Source: Halocafeteria seosinensis
Lineage: Eukaryota
NCBI GenBank assembly: GCA_001687465.1
Contig: LVLI01000202.1
Span: 62,001 to 126,000, forward strand
Length of the DNA stretch: 64,000 nt
Direction: 5' to 3'
In this document: in pieces, positions 59,970 to 64,000 of the stretch
Layout of the letters: each line of letters begins with the position of its first letter
Numbering within the stretch: the stretch's first letter is position 1
Made by a program: the position numbers and the translations under genes
Notes under the pieces: model-generated
Databases searched by the model: none
What the model was told of the DNA's origin: nothing
What the model saw: only the letters and a program-made list of their open reading frames with translations

Positions 59970-61962
59970 TCAACTACCACATATCTCCGTAGAAACACGC
60001 TCACCCGACAAGAATGCTCCATGCAAACTTCCATCGTATTCGCCATCCGCAGCATCACCAGCAAAGTGAAGTGACACCTTGTCTGGAGCTGCTTCCTGCG
60101 TCCACGCACCACAATGCAGCTTTAGGGGATGCATATAGTCCTCTAATGCTGCCAAATCTACGTGAACTGCGAAGTAGCGTACTATTGAAGAGTAACACAG
60201 AGAGCCGAGATAAGATAGATCATCGCTCAGCTAGCATGGCACTTACGAACTGAACAGTTGTAGGCGCCCCTGCTCCAGGGATTAGTGCTCCACTTGGTCA
60301 GAAAATATTCTTCTGGCATGTCAGGTACCGAGTTGGCATCAACCCCGAGACAGCAACTGGAAAATGCTCGTATTTGTTCCATTGCACTCCGAACCACTGC
60401 AGAAAAAGACGGATCGGAACTTTCTCTTTCTACAGCTATCTCTTGATGATACGTACATGGAAACTCATCTTCCAACGTCTCCACATAGTTGCCATCGTTC
60501 CCCACTGCACCATAAAACTGTGAGACGTTTGAAGAATACAATGAAAAACCTCCTAGGTACCTACCAAATACTATCACCAAGGCAGGGACACCCTTAGTGG
60601 AATAGTAGTTTTCCACGTAGCGGACCTTTGTTATCTCACTATCCTCATTCCAACACAATGCCCACGAAGATGGGGCAGTATCTGGCCAAAATCGCGAACT
60701 TTCACTAAAATACAAAATGAGTTTCGTGTATACACCAAAAGTGATAGAGTTCAGGGCATTCATCTTCCAACTAGGGAGAGATGGTTGAATGGGTAATTCA
60801 CCCGCTTTCATTGCCGGCGGCGGAACCGTAACCACAACTCTATAACAAGACACAGCGAACTCTGTACTGGAAACGATATTCTGGCAAAATACTCTCCCAC
60901 CATACACGTCGTCAAAGTTGATCTTGCTAACTCTGCAATTGAGCGCAATCTCCAGAACTCCGGCGTTTTCGCTGTCCTTCGCCGATAGCTTCGCCGCCAA
61001 GCAATCTACTACAGTCTTCATTCCACAAGGATGAATCTCCCCCGTCTGCGCAGTAACTAAAGCAGAGAACCGTACAGGCATACTTTGTTCATAAGACTTT
61101 GAAAGATCGATGTTATTCCGTCCAACATTCTTAAGCAGACAATGGCTTCCAGGAAAATCACTGCAAACCCAGACAATATGCATGCAATTGAATATGTTTA
61201 CAACTGTGGCTACCAAACATACCCCCAAAGTTCTTCCATAGCTAGAGAACACATTTGCAGGTTTTCCAAGTTCGTCCCCATCCAGCATTCGATATTCCAA
61301 ACCAAGGATCGGAGAACCCTCCGTACCTCCGAGTGGTCTACAGCATCGGATATGTCACTTCTTTCACAGGCTTTGTTAACCAAGCTCGGTAGCCATTCCA
61401 GGCATCTCGACGCCGGTGTGTCAACATCCTCCTCCATGCAACACCTTTCCGCTTCTTTTTTCAGTTCCTCTTTTAAATTGTTGAAACATTCCAGCGCAAG
61501 TTGTATGGACTGTTCTTTCGGCACTGTATACTGGGAACCTGTGGAGTCCACAGTTCCAAAGCAGATCGACTTAGGGTTCGGGTGAACCCATGGATTCCGA
61601 CTGGACACCTCTACCATGAGAGAACTGTCAACAGACCAGGGCCTTCCAGTACCATCTACCAATAAGTCAACCAAAGGATTTCCCTTGGAGCCATCTGCAT
61701 CAATATTAACAGCAAACAAACTCAACTGAGAAGTAGCTTCCTGGCAGTGTTTCGTCTACGTACGTATCCATGCGGCTCCTGTGTCGAACACGTGGGTATC
61801 CGAGGATGCTCTTTCCGGTTTCCATTGTTGAACTCTACCACCTAATCGATCTTGCGCCTCAACGATTAAAATATGCAAATGGGGAGCCTTCTGAGCGACA
61901 TGAAGCGCCGTAGATAGTCCCGCGACCCCTGCTCCCACAATCACAACGTCGTACATTACCAT
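59970..61962 (-). CDS. Flavin-containing amine oxidase (polyamine oxidase/LSD-like family), multi-exon
   Basis: 'DVVIVGAGVAGL..EAQDRLGGRV', 'GAAWIHG', 'TKWSTNPWSRGAY', 'FAGDA..GSLHGAFLSGER'. Confidence 0.88.
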
Positions 61963-62077
61963 ATCTGCAACAAAGGATCAGTGGCCGGCCATCATTCCCC
62001 TCTGCATTCGGATCCCTATACATGTTACGATGCACCAGTACATGTATGCACCAATCGACGCGACAACCATAATGAGC

Positions 62078-62163
62078 GCTGCTCTAACTGGTTCACAAAG
62101 TCGGTTTGTGAAGCTGCTGTGCTGCTCTAACTGCTTCACAAAGTCGGTTTGTGAAGCTGCTGT
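62078..62163. repeat. 2 x 43-bp tandem repeat, each unit containing a perfect inverted repeat
   Basis: GCTGCTCTAACTG(G/C)TTCACAAA-GTCGG-TTTGTGAAGCTGCTGT occurs twice with one mismatch. Confidence 0.92.
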
Positions 62164-62242
62164 TACAGTGCTGTATGAGATGCATTCGAAACCATTATCA
62201 TTGTTGAACTTTTTTTGCCTCGAAGAAAGGACTAACTGGTGT

Positions 62243-62618
62243 ATGGACATAATGGAGAATAACAACGCAGAAGAGCCCGAGATCTCGCAAGCGCGGCTGG
62301 ATAATTTCATTGCCCGCAATGAGGAAGCACGAGAACGATACCGGAGAGCAGCCGCAAAAAGCAATGAAGAACGAGAAGAAATAGCAGCCTCTTTGGAAAG
62401 AGAAACAGGGGTGTCCCTGCCATCGCAGCTGCCGTCCGGAGCTACTGGTAACGAGGTAAGCCCCAAGGACAACACTATCGAGAACTATCGTTACTTGATT
62501 TCTTAGCATTTGGCAGAATTCAAACGGTAATCAACAGTCCCAAAGCACTCGATATGCACAACAGTACTACGAAGGGCTAATCAAAACGCACAATGAACAG
62601 CAGGAGCCTAAGAAATAA
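62243..62618 (+). CDS. Small hypothetical helical protein; intron 62456-62517
   Basis: MDIMENNNAEEPEISQARLDNFIARNEEARERYRR..GNE|NSNGNQQ..QEPKK* joined by GTAAGC..GGCAG. Confidence 0.5.
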
Positions 62619-62983
62619 TGCTGAGAGCGGTGTTGGTTGATCTCGCCACAGTGGAGCAGCAATGTAGTGAATGTGGATTGTGATTTCGCACCAATGATGA
62701 TGCTCGCTCGTCCATAGCTGTTTGCGTACTCTTTAAGACTAGAATCGCCTTCCGTTCTACCTGCGCGGTGTGAGTCTATGCTGTGGTCGCTCTTTTATCA
62801 GGATTGTGGTAAATGAGTCGTCGCAGAAAGACTTGAGGCTGATTCCATTTACTGCTTTGAAAGGTTGGAATATGTATGGTGTAAATGCTGAGTTTTCAAG
62901 TGGACGCTCGTTTTTAATTATAGGCTTGCTTAGGGTAACGAGAGGAGATCGTCTTCACTATATCTTTGATAAAACAAGAGACC

Positions 62984-64000
62984 TTAGACTCCTGACGTAT
63001 CCGGATAGCTAGAACCCGGTTCCGTTGTGTCATCGATTTCCACGGACGAAGCCATGCCGCATCCTTTATACGCCTCTAATTCACTTTCGAGTTGGTTTAC
63101 CCTAGTTTTTAGTTTTGCTACGTCGACTGTGCTCTTTTGCTTTTTCGGCTGTTCCAAGTAACAAACACCTATCCATTTTGAAACCATACTTACAGTTCAT
63201 ATACTGTGTCAGAACATACCTTGCCCAGTTCTACAGACCTACAACGTGAAGCAAAGTGGAGTGAAGCTATAGACTCCGTTGAGTTCCACAGAACTGGTGA
63301 AATATTAGCAAACATGAGCACCTGAAAGTCATTGCCATTGAATACGGATAATATCCGGACTACGAAACAGTCGTATCTACATACTTTTGAGTTCCCCGTG
63401 AGGCAATCCTTTAACAAGTAAGTTAACTTGGAATTGCGGAACGGGGTGTGCTTCGAGGAGCTCTTTCCAAGAGCATTGACCACGTCTCCCAAGGCGCTGA
63501 ATGTATCGCATGTGAGAACGAGTTGCCTCATGAATTAGACAAGAGCTATCTTTGATACTGCACATACCTTAAAGAGCGATTTATGTTTTGGGCCTCTTTT
63601 AGTCTGTCACCGGATGCGTCCGTCTTACTGACTCGTTCGGACCCTGCCAAGTCGATCAGGTTCATTGTGGCCGTCATAGACTCATCAGCAAGGAGACTAT
63701 CTCCTTCGACCTGAAGCAGTTGCGTATTGCTGGAAACTACGCATACGAGATTAAGGTTCAAACAGATCACTCATACCTCAATTTTAACAACTAAGTGGGA
63801 CCTAGAAGAGTGCTCGTGCATATTCGTCGCCCCTACTTGTCGTGACTGGATTCCTCTATTCAATATTTCCAAACCTGCCTCAACACTTTCTGGTTCGGCG
63901 GTAGTTAATCCAGGAACAATCATCGAATTTGTGCCCTGCAACCGGGAAATGCTATATCGAATACATTTCTACAACGACGTGATGCCTACCTCTCGGATGT
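62984..64000 (-). CDS. Kinesin-14-like (C-terminal motor) gene, 3' part only
   Basis: '[13 protein letters not shown]', '[30 protein letters not shown]', '[42 protein letters not shown]'. Runs off the window end. Confidence 0.85.

Noticed and set aside
62078..62163. CRISPR-like palindromic repeat
   Set aside because: Only two abutting copies, no spacers, no cas genes, eukaryotic context.
62600..62855. Selenoprotein (GVG-TGA) with SECIS-like ATGA..AAA..TGA at ~62814-62845
   Set aside because: A simpler splice gives a clean TAA-terminated ORF, and the helix register does not fit a SECIS core.
1..64000. Alternative genetic code or non-canonical introns
   Set aside because: The fragmented ORFs I checked are all explained by GT-AG introns, and long ORFs read through cleanly in the standard code.

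Overview
Gene-dense eukaryotic nuclear DNA from a flagellated protist. A stramenopile-like lineage is a guess only. It uses the standard genetic code and has short (~50-120 nt) canonical GT-AG introns, often with GTACGT/GTAAGT/GTATGT donors. About 26 protein genes can be assembled by hand: a hybrid histidine kinase, a PEPCK-like protein, ATAD5/ELG1, SMU1, CEP135, three kinesins, a PH-PP2C, an MFS transporter, SPC24, UFL1, a BNR-repeat secreted protein, MYCBP, SMC6, pyruvate kinase, a CfaD/26-29 kDa-type cathepsin, ISCA2, a divergent bHLH, a flavin amine oxidase and several hypotheticals. Two RNA genes are missed by the ORF track. One is an initiator-type tRNA-Met with non-canonical U1:A72 and A29:U41 pairs. 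The other is a well-formed box C/D snoRNA hidden in the one unusually long (211 nt) intron of the cathepsin gene, with a long guide that matches LSU rRNA as I recall it. Other points of interest: two probable pseudo-enzymes (histidine kinase ATP lid, PEPCK), an IPT/TIG-like insert in ATAD5, CHR-like TTTGAA clusters upstream of cell-cycle genes, and several small tandem or hairpin elements. I found no mobile element, CRISPR array or large novel multi-gene system. All exon and family calls were made by eye, without database searches.
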